Shown: piece after piece, positions 8,525 to 18,065 of the stretch
How positions within the stretch are numbered: position 1 is the stretch's first letter
How the letters are laid out: the number at the start of each line of letters is the position of its first letter
Assembly: GCA_965223415.1 (NCBI GenBank)
Contig: OZ245002.1
Location: forward strand, 3,264,001 to 3,328,000
Source: Myxococcota bacterium
GTDB taxonomy: Bacteria; Myxococcota_A; UBA9160; UBA6930
DNA length: 64,000 nt
Reading direction: 5' to 3'
Made by a program: the position numbers and the translations under genes
The notes under the pieces: model-generated
Databases searched by the model: none
What the model was told of the DNA's origin: nothing
Seen by the model: only the letters and a program-made list of their open reading frames with translations

Positions 8525-9735
8525 GTTGTGGATCGAAGATTGGGTCTGGGGGGGGGGGAGGTGCCCCCTCGTTCACGGGGATCGGTCGCTCAGTCCGCGT
8601 AGCGAAGTCGGTGCGTCCTCTGCCTCGCGAGGCATCGCGTGCGGATCCGGCCGCGGTAGCAGGCCGTGAGCCAGGGCGCGAGCTCCTGGCGCCACGGGAA
8701 GAGGCGACGCGAGAGGATCTCGTTCACCGAGAGCCGTGTCGGGACGATCCCGAGCTGCACCGCCGGGGGATCGCTGCGCTTGCCCTCGGCGCTCCACTTC
8801 ACGTAGTTCCGCCACACCACCCAGATCGCCGCCCGGTACAGCGCCCCCTGCCTCCGCTTCGAGAACGCGATCGTCTCCCGCTTGTGGTTCGCGCTGCCGT
8901 GGCGCAAGAGCAGGTCCGCCAGGTTGATCGGGAAGAGCGGGTTCTTCGCCGTCCTCGCCTTGCGCGACGACGTCGTCTCGTGGACGATCCTCCGCCCCGG
9001 GAGCCGGCGAAGGGCCCCGGGGTAGCTCGGATGCTCGTCCGAGCGCACGACGACCTCCGCGCCCTCCGGCACGATCCGGCCCACGAGCTCCTGGACGGCC
9101 TTGCCCGTGGCCCCGGGGTCCGGACGCCCGTGGGCCTGCTCCAACCGCTCGCGCTTCGCCCGCTGGGCCTTCGTCATCGTCCCGCTCCTCCGCAGCTCGG
9201 CCTCGTTGAAGCCGTAGACGTAGTGGGACGCGCCCACCACCAGGTTCAGGTCGAAGGGCCAGTACTGGCCGGACTCGACGCTGCGGAAGCCGTCGAGGGC
9301 CAGGGGCTCGGCCGGCACCCGGGGCCGGAGGCGCTCGTGGAAGAGCAGGCAGTGGCGCCCCAGGCGCTCGACCTGGCGCTGGAGGGTCGCGTGGGAGACG
9401 CCCAGCTCCTGGGCGATCTGGCGCAGGCCACTGCAGCCGCGCATGCGGAAAAACAGCGTCTCCAGGAGGTCGGGGGCGCGGAGCCAGTAGGTGGGGGAGA
9501 ACGTCGGTTCACTGAACGAGCGGCGGCAGTGTTGACAGAGGTACCGCTGGACGCGGTCGCCGCGGCGGGGGCGGGAGAAGAAGCCCTTCTTCTTGAACCG
9601 CCAAGGGCCCGAATTCGTGTGGGAATCACATGTGGGGTTCGGACAGTGCGGGGGAACGAAGGTAGCGCCGGCGGTCGGCATGACCGCCCTTCACCGCACG
9701 TTTCATGCCGGACCCATTCTTCGATCCACAACTCA
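8522..9735. mobile_element. Insertion sequence (IS1/IS1595-like DDE type) with 25-bp terminal inverted repeats
   Basis: IRs 8522-8546 TGAGTTGTGGATCGAAGATTGGGTC and 9711-9735 (1 mismatch) enclose a transposase ORF. Confidence 0.8.
8590..9681 (-). CDS. Transposase (Zn-ribbon + HTH + DDE-like; IS1/IS1595-like)
   Basis: CPNPTC...CQHC zinc finger, LRQIAQELGVSHATL HTH, acidic motifs LDGF and RSDEHPSY; flanked by IRs. Confidence 0.75.
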   Translation of the reverse strand: MPTAGATFVPPHCPNPTCDSHTNSGPWRFKKKGFFSRPRRGDRVQRYLCQHCRRSFSEPTFSPTYWLRAPDLLETLFFRMRGCSGLRQIAQELGVSHATLQRQVERLGRHCLLFHERLRPRVPAEPLALDGFRSVESGQYWPFDLNLVVGASHYVYGFNEAELRRSGTMTKAQRAKRERLEQAHGRPDPGATGKAVQELVGRIVPEGAEVVVRSDEHPSYPGALRRLPGRRIVHETTSSRKARTAKNPLFPINLADLLLRHGSANHKRETIAFSKRRQGALYRAAIWVVWRNYVKWSAEGKRSDPPAVQLGIVPTRLSVNEILSRRLFPWRQELAPWLTACYRGRIRTRCLARQRTHRLRYAD

Positions 9736-9785
9736 TGGAGTGAGCGCGATGGCCCCATGGCGGACCTCACGGATCTCGAGGCCGG

Positions 9786-10370
9786 CTAGCGGCGGAGCTC
9801 GCGGATCTCGTCGCGGGCGTTTCTGAGGATCGTGCGGACCTGGTCGCGGATGTCCGGGTCGTCGGAGGCGCCGACGGTGCGGATGGCTTCCTGCATCAGC
9901 CGGAAGGCGGGGCGGATCAGCTCGGCGGCGTCCGGGTCGTGGGCGTGGCCCCAGCCTCCCCAGTCGTCCTCCTCGAGTCGGCCCCAGATGCGTTCGACGC
10001 TCTCCGCCTCCTCCTCCAGGTGGGCGCGGCCGGCGTCGGTGAGCTCGTAGGTGCGGCGGCCGCCTTCCTCCTCGCGGGAGTGCACGAGGCCTTGGTCCTG
10101 GAGCTGCTGCAGGGTCGGGTAGATCGTGCCGGCACTCGGCTGGTAGCAGCCGTCGGTGCGCTCCTCGAGCAGGGTCATCAGCTCGTAGCCGTGCTTCGGG
10201 CCGTCCTCGAGGAGGGACAGGAGCGCCAGCGGCACCTCCCCCCGATCGAAGAAGCGCCCCTGCCAGGACCAGGGTCCGAAGCGCTCGCCGCGGCCATGGC
10301 GGCCGCGCCGCCGACGGCGGTGGTGACGTCCGAGGTGTCGATAGTGGTGTCGCCTCATGGATCTCAACAT
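9786..10370 (-). CDS. PadR-family transcriptional regulator
   Basis: LLSLLEDGPKHGYELM...PSAGTIYPTLQQL..G...Y.LT.AG PadR signature; alternative start at 10358. Confidence 0.9.
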   Translation of the reverse strand: MLRSMRRHHYRHLGRHHRRRRRGRHGRGERFGPWSWQGRFFDRGEVPLALLSLLEDGPKHGYELMTLLEERTDGCYQPSAGTIYPTLQQLQDQGLVHSREEEGGRRTYELTDAGRAHLEEEAESVERIWGRLEEDDWGGWGHAHDPDAAELIRPAFRLMQEAIRTVGASDDPDIRDQVRTILRNARDEIRELRR

Positions 10371-10386
10371 ATATCGTGCGATATAT
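10369..10386. promoter_or_regulatory. Palindromic operator, probably for PadR autoregulation
   Basis: ATATATCG-TG-CGATATAT, perfect 8-bp AT-rich arms in GC-rich DNA, in the divergent padR/amidohydrolase gap. Confidence 0.65.
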
Positions 10387-10440
10387 TCCGCAAGGCTCGT
10401 ATTGCAGGCTCTCCACCTTCCGGCGTAGCGTGGCCCTCCG

Positions 10441-12168
10441 GTGGGCTACGACCTGGTCATTCGAGGTGGCACGGTGGTGGACGGCACGGGGCTGGCCCGG
10501 CGCCGCGCAGACGTGGCGGTGTCCGCCGGGCGCATTGCCGCGGTCGGCCACTTGCCCGGCGGCGCCGGGGACGCTCGGGTGATCGATGCGGGCGGCTGCA
10601 TCGTCGCCCCGGGCATCATCGACCTCCACACCCACTACGACCCGCAGCTCACCTTCGATCCCTGGGCCACCTGCTCCTGCTACCACGGCGTGACCTCGGT
10701 CCTGGCCGGCAACTGCGGCTTCTCGATCGCCCCCACCCGCCCGGAAGGCCGCGACTACATCAAGGCGATGTTCGCCAAGGTCGAAGGCATGGCCCCGGTC
10801 GCGCTGGACGGCGTGCGGTGGGACTTCGAGAGCTTCCCGGAGTACCTGGCGGCGCGCCGTGGCCGGCTCGGCGTGAACCTGGCCTGCTACGTCGGCCATT
10901 CGACCCTGCGCCGTTTCGTCATGGGCGCCGACGGGTCGCAGCGGGGGGCGAGCACGGAGGAGGTGGCCCAGATGGCGGCCCTGGTCCGCGAGGCGATCGC
11001 CGCTGGAGCCGCCGGCTTCTCGTCCTCCGACGTGCCGACCCAGGTGGACGGTGACGAGCGGCCCATCCCCAGCCGCTTCGCGGCGAAGGAGGAGCTGAAG
11101 GCGTTGGTCGAGGCGGCCGGTCGGGCCGGGGCGGGCAGCATCGCTTACCTGCCGGAGAGCGTCATCGGCGGTCTCGACGCCGAGGACGAGGATCTCCTGA
11201 TCGAGCTGGGCCGACTCGCCCGCGCACCCATCGTGATCCAGGGCGTGGGCGGGCGCGACAAGGTCGACGCCCCCACCGCCGGCTGGGACCACGCCAAGGC
11301 GTTCCTGGATGCGGCGGCCCGGCGCGGCGCCGCCCTCTTCTCCATCCTGCGCACCCACCCCTTCGACCGGCCCATCGACCTGGCCGCAGGCTGCCCGCTC
11401 TACGCGGGCGTCTTCCCCTGGGCCGAGATCATGGACCTCCCGCACGAGGAGAAGCTCGCTCGGCTCCGCGATCCCGCCCAGCGCGAGCGCATGCGATACG
11501 CCGTCGAGCACCCGAACCGCGATCCGCAGGCCGGCTCGACGCTGCCGCCTCCCCATTGGGACGTCACCTTCGTCGAGGAGGTGCGCGACGCCGTCCACGA
11601 GCCGCTCGTCGGCCGCACGATCGCGGACCTAGCTGCCGAGCGGGGCGAAGCGCCCGCCGACGTGCTCCTCGACCTGGCCCTCACCGAGGACCTGGAGACG
11701 AAGTTCCGCTGGCAGAACCGCACGGGGGCGTGGGCCGAAGCCGTGCGCGAGAGCATGAAACACCCCTCGATGTTGATGGGCATCTCCGACGGCGGCGCGC
11801 ATCTCGACCGGGACGACGGCAGCGACTGGTCGAGCTTCTTCCTGCGCCACTGGGTGCTCGATCGGGGGGAGTGGACCCTCGAGGAAGGCGTCCGCCAGCT
11901 GACCCAGGTACCGGCAGCGCTCGCGGGCTTCGCCGACCGCGGCGTCGTGATGCCCGGCTTCGCCGCCGACCTGATGATCTTCGACCCGGAGACGATCGGG
12001 CCCGGCACCAAGCGCCTGGAGCACGACCTGCCCGGCGGCCAGGGCCGCTTCTGCGCGCGTCCGCGGGGCCTGCGCGCCACGATCGTGAACGGAGAGTCCA
12101 TCGTCCTCGAAGGCAAGCTCACCGGCGCCCTGCCCGGGCAGCTGCTGGCGCCCCACGGCGGATCGTGA
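10441..12168 (+). CDS. N-acyl-D-amino-acid deacylase family amidohydrolase
   Basis: IRGGTVVDGTG, PGIIDLHTHYD, GNCGFS, SDGGAH motifs. Confidence 0.9.
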   Translation: MGYDLVIRGGTVVDGTGLARRRADVAVSAGRIAAVGHLPGGAGDARVIDAGGCIVAPGIIDLHTHYDPQLTFDPWATCSCYHGVTSVLAGNCGFSIAPTRPEGRDYIKAMFAKVEGMAPVALDGVRWDFESFPEYLAARRGRLGVNLACYVGHSTLRRFVMGADGSQRGASTEEVAQMAALVREAIAAGAAGFSSSDVPTQVDGDERPIPSRFAAKEELKALVEAAGRAGAGSIAYLPESVIGGLDAEDEDLLIELGRLARAPIVIQGVGGRDKVDAPTAGWDHAKAFLDAAARRGAALFSILRTHPFDRPIDLAAGCPLYAGVFPWAEIMDLPHEEKLARLRDPAQRERMRYAVEHPNRDPQAGSTLPPPHWDVTFVEEVRDAVHEPLVGRTIADLAAERGEAPADVLLDLALTEDLETKFRWQNRTGAWAEAVRESMKHPSMLMGISDGGAHLDRDDGSDWSSFFLRHWVLDRGEWTLEEGVRQLTQVPAALAGFADRGVVMPGFAADLMIFDPETIGPGTKRLEHDLPGGQGRFCARPRGLRATIVNGESIVLEGKLTGALPGQLLAPHGGS

Positions 12169-12237
12169 GACAAGGGGACGTTCCTTTCTGTCTCACGGCT
12201 TCGCCGTGAGACAGAAAGGAACGTCCCCTTGTCTCAC
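12165..12237. repeat. Perfect 35-bp palindrome (REP/REPIN-like) between convergent genes
   Basis: Arms 12165-12199 and 12203-12237 are exact reverse complements with a 3-nt loop; contains GGGGACGTTCCTT. Confidence 0.9.
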
Positions 12238-13115
12238 TAGATGCCCTTCAGCCAGTCGGCGACCGCCTGGCCGATCTCGTCGGGCGAGTCCTCCTGCACG
12301 AAGTGGATGCCCTTCACCGTCACCTCGCTGGTGCGGGGCCAGCTGCGGCAGAGCTCGCGCTGCTCGCCGCGCAGGATGGCGCCGGGCTCGGCGTTGATGA
12401 AGAGCTTGGGCACGTCGCAGCCCGCGAGCCACTCGCCGTAGGCCTTCACGATCTCCACCACGTCCTCGGGTTCGCCCTCGATCGGGATCTGGCGCGGCCA
12501 GGTGAGGGTGGGGCGGCGGCCCTCGCCGGGCTCGCGGAAGGGCCGGCGGTAGACCTCCATCTCCGCGTCGCTGAGCTCGCGCATCACCGAGGTGGGCAGG
12601 ACCTGCTCGATGAAAGCGTTGCCCTCCAGGATCATCTCTTCGCCAGCGGGGGAGCGGAAGCCCTGGAAGACGGCGGTGGCGGCCCCCGGCCACTGGTCCC
12701 AGGTCATGGGGGCGACGATCCCCTCCATGTAGGCGATACCGCGCACCGCGTCGCGGTGGCGGTTGGCCCAGTCGAAGCCGAGCGCGGAGCCCCAGTCGTG
12801 GATCACGAGGGTGACCCGCGAGTCGACGCCCAGCTGCTCGAGCAACGCGTCCAAGTACTCGCGGTGCTCGACGAAGCGGTAGCGCTCGGGCCCGCTGTCC
12901 TCGAGCTTGTCCGAATCGCCCATGCCGATCAGGTCCGGCGCGATGCAACGGCCGAGCCCCTCCAGGTGGGGAATCACGTTCCGCCACAGGTAGGACGAGG
13001 TCGGATTGCCGTGCAGCAGGACGATCGGGTCGCCGCTGCCGACGTCGACGTAGGCCATCGTCTTGCCCCGCACCGTGGCGGTCTGCTTCGGGTAGCGCTC
13101 TTCGGCCGAGATCAC
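12237..13115 (-). CDS. dhaA: Haloalkane dehalogenase (HLD-II, LinB/DhaA-like)
   Basis: [12 protein letters not shown], nucleophile HDWG, catalytic acid in YMEG, base in GIHFVQED. Confidence 0.9.
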   Translation of the reverse strand: MISAEERYPKQTATVRGKTMAYVDVGSGDPIVLLHGNPTSSYLWRNVIPHLEGLGRCIAPDLIGMGDSDKLEDSGPERYRFVEHREYLDALLEQLGVDSRVTLVIHDWGSALGFDWANRHRDAVRGIAYMEGIVAPMTWDQWPGAATAVFQGFRSPAGEEMILEGNAFIEQVLPTSVMRELSDAEMEVYRRPFREPGEGRRPTLTWPRQIPIEGEPEDVVEIVKAYGEWLAGCDVPKLFINAEPGAILRGEQRELCRSWPRTSEVTVKGIHFVQEDSPDEIGQAVADWLKGI

Positions 13116-13166
13116 GGGGAGTCCTCCTCGAGGGGAGGCGATAGGGTCCCCGCGCGGAGGCGCCTG

Positions 13167-13958
13167 TCAATCCTGGGCGACGAGCCGCCCCTCGCGCTTG
13201 AGCTCACCGGTCACGTGCACCTTCGCCAGCACGTCGTCGAGATAGCCCGGGCCCTCGGCCGTGGGGACGAACCAGCCCGTCGGGCACATGGTCAGGATCT
13301 CGACGAAGGAGAAGCCCTCGCCGCGCATCTGGTGCTCGAAGGCGCGCTTCAGCAAGCGGCGCGTCTGCTGGATGGCCTTGGCGTCGTGCACGGAGCCGCG
13401 GGCGGCGTAGCCGGTGCCGCCGAGGCCGGCGACCAGGTCGGTGACGAGGATGGGATGGCCGTGGTAGCCCGCGTCGCGGCCCTCGAGGGTGTTCTTGGTG
13501 CGCTGGCCCAGCACGGTGGTCGCGGTCATGTGGCCTCCGGTCTCCCCGAAGACCCCGTTGTTCAGCAGCACGCAGGTGACGCCCTCGCCCCGGGCCGCCG
13601 TGTGGAGAACTTCCTGCAAGCCCTCGTTCACCATGTCGCCGTCGCCCTGGAGCGTGAAGAGCAGGCTCTCCGGTCGCATCCGCTTCGCCCCGGTGGCGAC
13701 GGAGGGGGCGCGCCCGTGCAGCGCCTGGATCAGGTCCACGTCGATGAGCGAGGTCAACGCCGTGTAGCAGCCGATGCCTACCACGCCGATCGCCCGCTCG
13801 GCCAGGCCGAGCTCCTCGATGCACTCGAGCAGGAGCCTGAGCGCCACCGGCTCTCCGCAGCCCGGGCACAGGTCGTGGTCCCCGCTCAGCTGGAGGCGCG
13901 GGTGGAAGGGGCCGGTCCGGCGCGCGGGTCGCTCGGGCGGGGCGTCGGTATCGATCAC
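13167..13958 (-). CDS. 2-oxoacid:ferredoxin oxidoreductase beta (TPP-binding) subunit
   Basis: LCPGCG, GIGC, HGRA, QGDGD...NN TPP motif, TMCPT. Confidence 0.9.
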   Translation of the reverse strand: MIDTDAPPERPARRTGPFHPRLQLSGDHDLCPGCGEPVALRLLLECIEELGLAERAIGVVGIGCYTALTSLIDVDLIQALHGRAPSVATGAKRMRPESLLFTLQGDGDMVNEGLQEVLHTAARGEGVTCVLLNNGVFGETGGHMTATTVLGQRTKNTLEGRDAGYHGHPILVTDLVAGLGGTGYAARGSVHDAKAIQQTRRLLKRAFEHQMRGEGFSFVEILTMCPTGWFVPTAEGPGYLDDVLAKVHVTGELKREGRLVAQD

Positions 13959-15028
13959 CGGGGTGTCTCCTGCAGGGCGTCCAGGGTCCGGCGGCGGATC
14001 TCGCCCGGATCGAGCAGGGGCCCGATGCCGAAGCCCGCCGCGTCGGTAGAGATGCCGCCGATGGGGACGACGGGCGCACGGCCGAGCACGGCGAGGCGCA
14101 CGTCGTCGATCATCTGTCCCGCGTTCTGCTCGAGGCAAGCGACCCGCGCGACGCCCTCCGCTGCACGAGCCAGGGCCTCGGTCGGGAAGGGCCACAGGGT
14201 GATCGGGCGGAACAAGCCGACCCGCACGCCCTCCGCCCGCAGCTCGCCCACCACGTAGCGAGCGAAGCGCGCCAGGGTGCCGAAGGCGACGATCAGGAGC
14301 TCCGCGTCCTCGATCCACGAGGCCTCCCAGCGCGTCTCCTCCCGCTCGATGCGATCGGCCTTGTCCTGGAGCCGGCCCCAGAAGGCGTCCGGGTCGATGC
14401 CCTTCGCCCCCTTCGTCATGCCGATCGAGTTGACATTGCGCGAGCGTCCGCTCCCGCCGAGCGATCCGTCCACGGCCCAGTCCTTGGGGGGCAGCAGCCC
14501 GAGGTCGACGGGCTCGACCTCGACCGCCTCGCTGGTGTGGGCCAGCAGGTAGTCGCCGTAGACGAGCACCGGATGGCGCCAGCGGTCGGCGAGGTGGAAG
14601 GCGAGCTGGGTGTGCTCCACCGCTTCCGCGGCGTCGATCGGCGCGAGCACCAGGTGCCGGTAGTCGCCGTGTCCCCCGCCGCGGGTGGCCTGGAAGTAGT
14701 CGCCCTGGCCGCGGGCCATGTTGAAGACGACCAGCGGAACCTCGGCGCGGGTGATCTCCGAGAGCGACTCCTGCATCAGGGACAGACCCTGCCCCGTGGA
14801 GCCGGTGGCGGCCCGCGCGCCGGTGGCGGCGGCGCCCCAGGCCATGCCCACCGCCTCGATCTCGCTCTCGGCGTTGACGCACACGCCGCCTTCGGGCGGC
14901 AGCAGCTTCGCCATGCCCTCGAGCAGCTCGGTGAACGGCGTCATCGGGTAGCCGGCGAAGAACCGGCAGCCCGCCGCAACCGCAGCGCGGGCGATGGCCT
15001 CCGAGCCCTCCATGAGCTGGCGGGTCAC
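13955..15028 (-). CDS. 2-oxoacid:ferredoxin oxidoreductase alpha subunit (VorB-like)
   Basis: FFAGYPMTP, AESEIEAVGMAWGAA, EQNAGQM motifs; 4-nt overlaps with neighbours. Confidence 0.9.
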   Translation of the reverse strand: MTRQLMEGSEAIARAAVAAGCRFFAGYPMTPFTELLEGMAKLLPPEGGVCVNAESEIEAVGMAWGAAATGARAATGSTGQGLSLMQESLSEITRAEVPLVVFNMARGQGDYFQATRGGGHGDYRHLVLAPIDAAEAVEHTQLAFHLADRWRHPVLVYGDYLLAHTSEAVEVEPVDLGLLPPKDWAVDGSLGGSGRSRNVNSIGMTKGAKGIDPDAFWGRLQDKADRIEREETRWEASWIEDAELLIVAFGTLARFARYVVGELRAEGVRVGLFRPITLWPFPTEALARAAEGVARVACLEQNAGQMIDDVRLAVLGRAPVVPIGGISTDAAGFGIGPLLDPGEIRRRTLDALQETPR

Positions 15029-15270
15029 GGTGCCTCCCCGTGTCGGAGGGGTTCCTCGTAGCGGAAGACCTCGAAGCAGAAGTCCGGGCACACGAGCAGG
15101 CAGGCGCCGCAGCCGGTACAGCCGGGCAGGAGCTCCGGGTAGGGGACGCCCAGGCCGTTGCGCTGCTTCGACATCTGCAGCACCGCGGGCGGACAGGCCG
15201 GGACGCACAGCTCGCAGCCCTTGCAGCGCTCGCGATCGATCACAACGGTGCCTCGCGACACCACGCTCAC
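15025..15270 (-). CDS. 2x[4Fe-4S] ferredoxin (delta subunit)
   Basis: CKGCELCVPACP and CTGCGACLLVCP. Confidence 0.9.
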   Translation of the reverse strand: MSVVSRGTVVIDRERCKGCELCVPACPPAVLQMSKQRNGLGVPYPELLPGCTGCGACLLVCPDFCFEVFRYEEPLRHGEAP

Positions 15271-15839
15271 GCGGCGGCCTCCTGCCACGCGGCCGGCACG
15301 TCCGCGGGCGCGGCGGCGAAGCCCGCGCGCAGGGCCTCTCGGTTGTTCGGCAGCTGCGGGTGTCGGTAGGGAGGCAGGCACTCGGCGATGGCGTCGCAGA
15401 GCGCGTCGATGCCGACCAGGCCGGTTCCGCCGCAGAAGGCCGCCAGGAGCACCAGCGCCGCCGCCAACGGCACGCCGAGCTCACCTGCGATCTGCGACGC
15501 GGGCACCGGGAGGATGCGAACGCCCTGCGGCACCTCCTCGTCGAAGCGGGCCGGGTCCGTCCAGACGAGGGAGCCGGCCGTGAGCTTCGCGCGCACCGGG
15601 GCCCAGAAGCGGGGGTGCACGACCAGCGCCGACCACACCCGCGAGACGATCGGCGGCGATTGGATCGGTCCGTTCCCCACCACGACCACCGATTCGGTGT
15701 TGCCGCCGCGCATGGTGCCGCCGTAGGTGCCGAGGGAGAGCACGTGACGGCCCTCGAGGGTGGCCGCGCGGGCCAGCAGGCCTGCGGCGAGCTGCACGCC
15801 CTGGCCGCCGATCCCGGCGAGCATCACCTCACGCTCCAC
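15267..15839 (-). CDS. 2-oxoacid:ferredoxin oxidoreductase gamma subunit
   Basis: AGIGGQGVQ and YGGTMRGG motifs. Confidence 0.9.
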   Translation of the reverse strand: MEREVMLAGIGGQGVQLAAGLLARAATLEGRHVLSLGTYGGTMRGGNTESVVVVGNGPIQSPPIVSRVWSALVVHPRFWAPVRAKLTAGSLVWTDPARFDEEVPQGVRILPVPASQIAGELGVPLAAALVLLAAFCGGTGLVGIDALCDAIAECLPPYRHPQLPNNREALRAGFAAAPADVPAAWQEAAA

Positions 15840-16491
15840 GGTCGGTGTCTCCGGCGCCGAGGCCCGCCAGGGCGAAGCGCTCCAGGCGTGCGGCACTCCC
15901 GGCGTCCACCGGCCGGGGCTCCAGCAGGCGCGCCTGCATCCAGCCCATCGCCAGGTGGTAGAGGGCCTCGGCGTCGTGGGCCGGGTCCGCGCCCGGGAAG
16001 CGTCCATCGGCCTGGCCTCGGGCGATCGCCGCGCGCAGCGGTTCGGTGAGGCGGCGCTCCGAGAGGGCGACCTCCTCGGGGAAGCGCTCGGCCAGCCGGC
16101 CGCGGGCCAGGGCGAAGGGCCGGGTCGCCGCGGCGGCCTCCGGGTCGAGGGCCTGCTGCAGCATGCCGCGGATCCAGGCGCGCACCGCCTCCACCGGCTC
16201 CGCCGCCTCCGCCATGCGGTGCTCCAGGTAGCTCGCGAGCTGGCTGATGCCGGCGTCGAGCACGGCCACCAGCAGCTCGTGCTTCGAGCGGAAGTGCTTG
16301 TAGAAGGCCTGGTTCGAGAGGCCCGCCCCGTGAACGATCTCGCTCACCCGGGGCTCCAGCTCGCCGGAGCGGCGGATCAACCCGAAGGTCGCGGAGACCA
16401 GGCGCTCGATCTCGTCTGCGACCACCGCCCGGCGCCCCGCGAGCGAGCGCTCGACGGCGCGATCGGCTGCGGAGGGAACATTGATCTGCAT
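15829..16491 (-). CDS. TetR/AcrR-family regulator
   Basis: HTH VSEIVHGAGLSNQAFYKHFRSKHELL. Confidence 0.9.
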   Translation of the reverse strand: MQINVPSAADRAVERSLAGRRAVVADEIERLVSATFGLIRRSGELEPRVSEIVHGAGLSNQAFYKHFRSKHELLVAVLDAGISQLASYLEHRMAEAAEPVEAVRAWIRGMLQQALDPEAAAATRPFALARGRLAERFPEEVALSERRLTEPLRAAIARGQADGRFPGADPAHDAEALYHLAMGWMQARLLEPRPVDAGSAARLERFALAGLGAGDTDRGA

Positions 16492-16517
16492 CGCGAGAAC
16501 GATATTCTGTCCCCGCC

Positions 16518-18065
16518 ATGGCCGCCAGCGCTGCGCCTCCGCCGCTCCCGCCTCTGCCGCTCCTGATCGGCGACGTCTTCCGCCGCAACGCCGCCCTGCT
16601 GCCGAGCCGGGTGGCCGCATCCCTCGGCGAGGCCACCCTCACCCACGGCGAGCTCGACCGGCTCGGAAACCGCATGGCATGGGCGCTGCGGGGGCTCGGC
16701 ATCGGTCACGGCGACCGCATCGTCACCTGGGCGGACACATGCCTCCAGGTGCTGCCGCTCTTCGTCGCCGCGGCGAAGCTGGGCGCGGCCTTTGCGCCGG
16801 TGAACGCGCGGCTCGGCGCCGAGGAAGCCGGGCAGGTCGCCCGGCTGGCGCGGCCCGCGCTGCTGGCGGTCGATGGCGAGCGCGCCGCGGCCGCGGCGGA
16901 CGTGGCGGAGGCGGCCGGCGTGAAGCGGGTGGCCCTGCTCCAGGACGGCGAGGCTCGGGGCGACGTCCTGGACTTCCGCGCCAGCGCGCTCCCGGGTCGA
17001 GACGAGGATCCCCACGAGCCCGCCCTGCGCGAGACCGATCCCCACGTCCTCTTCTTCACGAGCGGCAGCACGGGTCGTCCCAAGGGCGTGGTGCTGAGTC
17101 ACCGAGCCAACGCCCTGCGCACCTTCCAGGGCGTGTTCCGGGACGTACCGGAGCGCTCGGTGTGCATGTTCCCCCTGTTCCACATGGCGGCCTTCACCCT
17201 CGGTCTCTCCGCGTGGCAGACCCGTGGCGAGATCGCCTTCGTGCAGGCCGCGACCGCCGAAGCGATCCTCTCCGCCGTCGAGCGGCGGCGCGCCAACCGG
17301 CTCTACTGCATCCCGCTCGTGTGGAGCCGTATCCTCGAGATCTCCGAGGATCGCTACGACCTCTCGAGCCTTCGCGAGCTCGACACCGGCACCCAGGCGG
17401 TTCCCATCGAGCTGGTGCGCGCCCTGAAGGAGCGCTTCCCCGGCACCGCCACGCGCATCTACTACGGCAGCACCGAGGTGGGCTCGGGCACGACGCTCCC
17501 CGACGCGGACGTGCTGCGCAAGCCGGGGAGCGTGGGCCCGGCCTCGCCCGGCGTCGAGCTCCGGCTCGCGGAGGACGGGGAGATCTGCCTGCGCAGCGCC
17601 TACCTTACCGACGGCTACTTCGACGATCCCGAGGCCACGGCCAAGGCACTCCGAGAGGGCTGGTTCCACAGCGGCGATCTGGGGGTCCTCGACGACGAGG
17701 GCTACCTGACCGTCACCGGTCGGAAGAAGGACGTGATTCGCAGCGGCGGGGAGAGCGTGGCGCCGACCGAGGTGGAGGCGGCGCTGGCGGACCACCCGGG
17801 CATCGCCGACGTGGCCGTGGTCGGCGTTCCGGATCCGGACTGGGGTGAGGTGGTGTGCGCCGTAGTCGTGCCCGCTGAAAGAGAGGCTCCCGATCTCGCC
17901 TCCGTGCAGAACCACTGCGAGACCCGGCTCGCCGGCTTCAAGAAGCCCCGCCGCCTGGCGACGACGGACGCGATTCCGCGAACCGCGGCGACGGCGCAGA
18001 TCCAGCGCCCGCTCCTGATCGAGCAGCTCCAGAGCGGCGCACTCCCTATGGAGCGCGAGCGGTGA
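16518..18065 (+). CDS. AMP-dependent acyl-CoA synthetase
   Basis: FTSGSTGRPKG P-loop, YGSTE, SGDLG, FKKPR motifs. Confidence 0.9.
   Translation: MAASAAPPPLPPLPLLIGDVFRRNAALLPSRVAASLGEATLTHGELDRLGNRMAWALRGLGIGHGDRIVTWADTCLQVLPLFVAAAKLGAAFAPVNARLGAEEAGQVARLARPALLAVDGERAAAAADVAEAAGVKRVALLQDGEARGDVLDFRASALPGRDEDPHEPALRETDPHVLFFTSGSTGRPKGVVLSHRANALRTFQGVFRDVPERSVCMFPLFHMAAFTLGLSAWQTRGEIAFVQAATAEAILSAVERRRANRLYCIPLVWSRILEISEDRYDLSSLRELDTGTQAVPIELVRALKERFPGTATRIYYGSTEVGSGTTLPDADVLRKPGSVGPASPGVELRLAEDGEICLRSAYLTDGYFDDPEATAKALREGWFHSGDLGVLDDEGYLTVTGRKKDVIRSGGESVAPTEVEAALADHPGIADVAVVGVPDPDWGEVVCAVVVPAEREAPDLASVQNHCETRLAGFKKPRRLATTDAIPRTAATAQIQRPLLIEQLQSGALPMERER

Noticed and set aside
8548..8558. G11 tract as a phase-variation site
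   Set aside because: Lies in the non-coding end of the IS, downstream of the transposase stop, with no gene to switch
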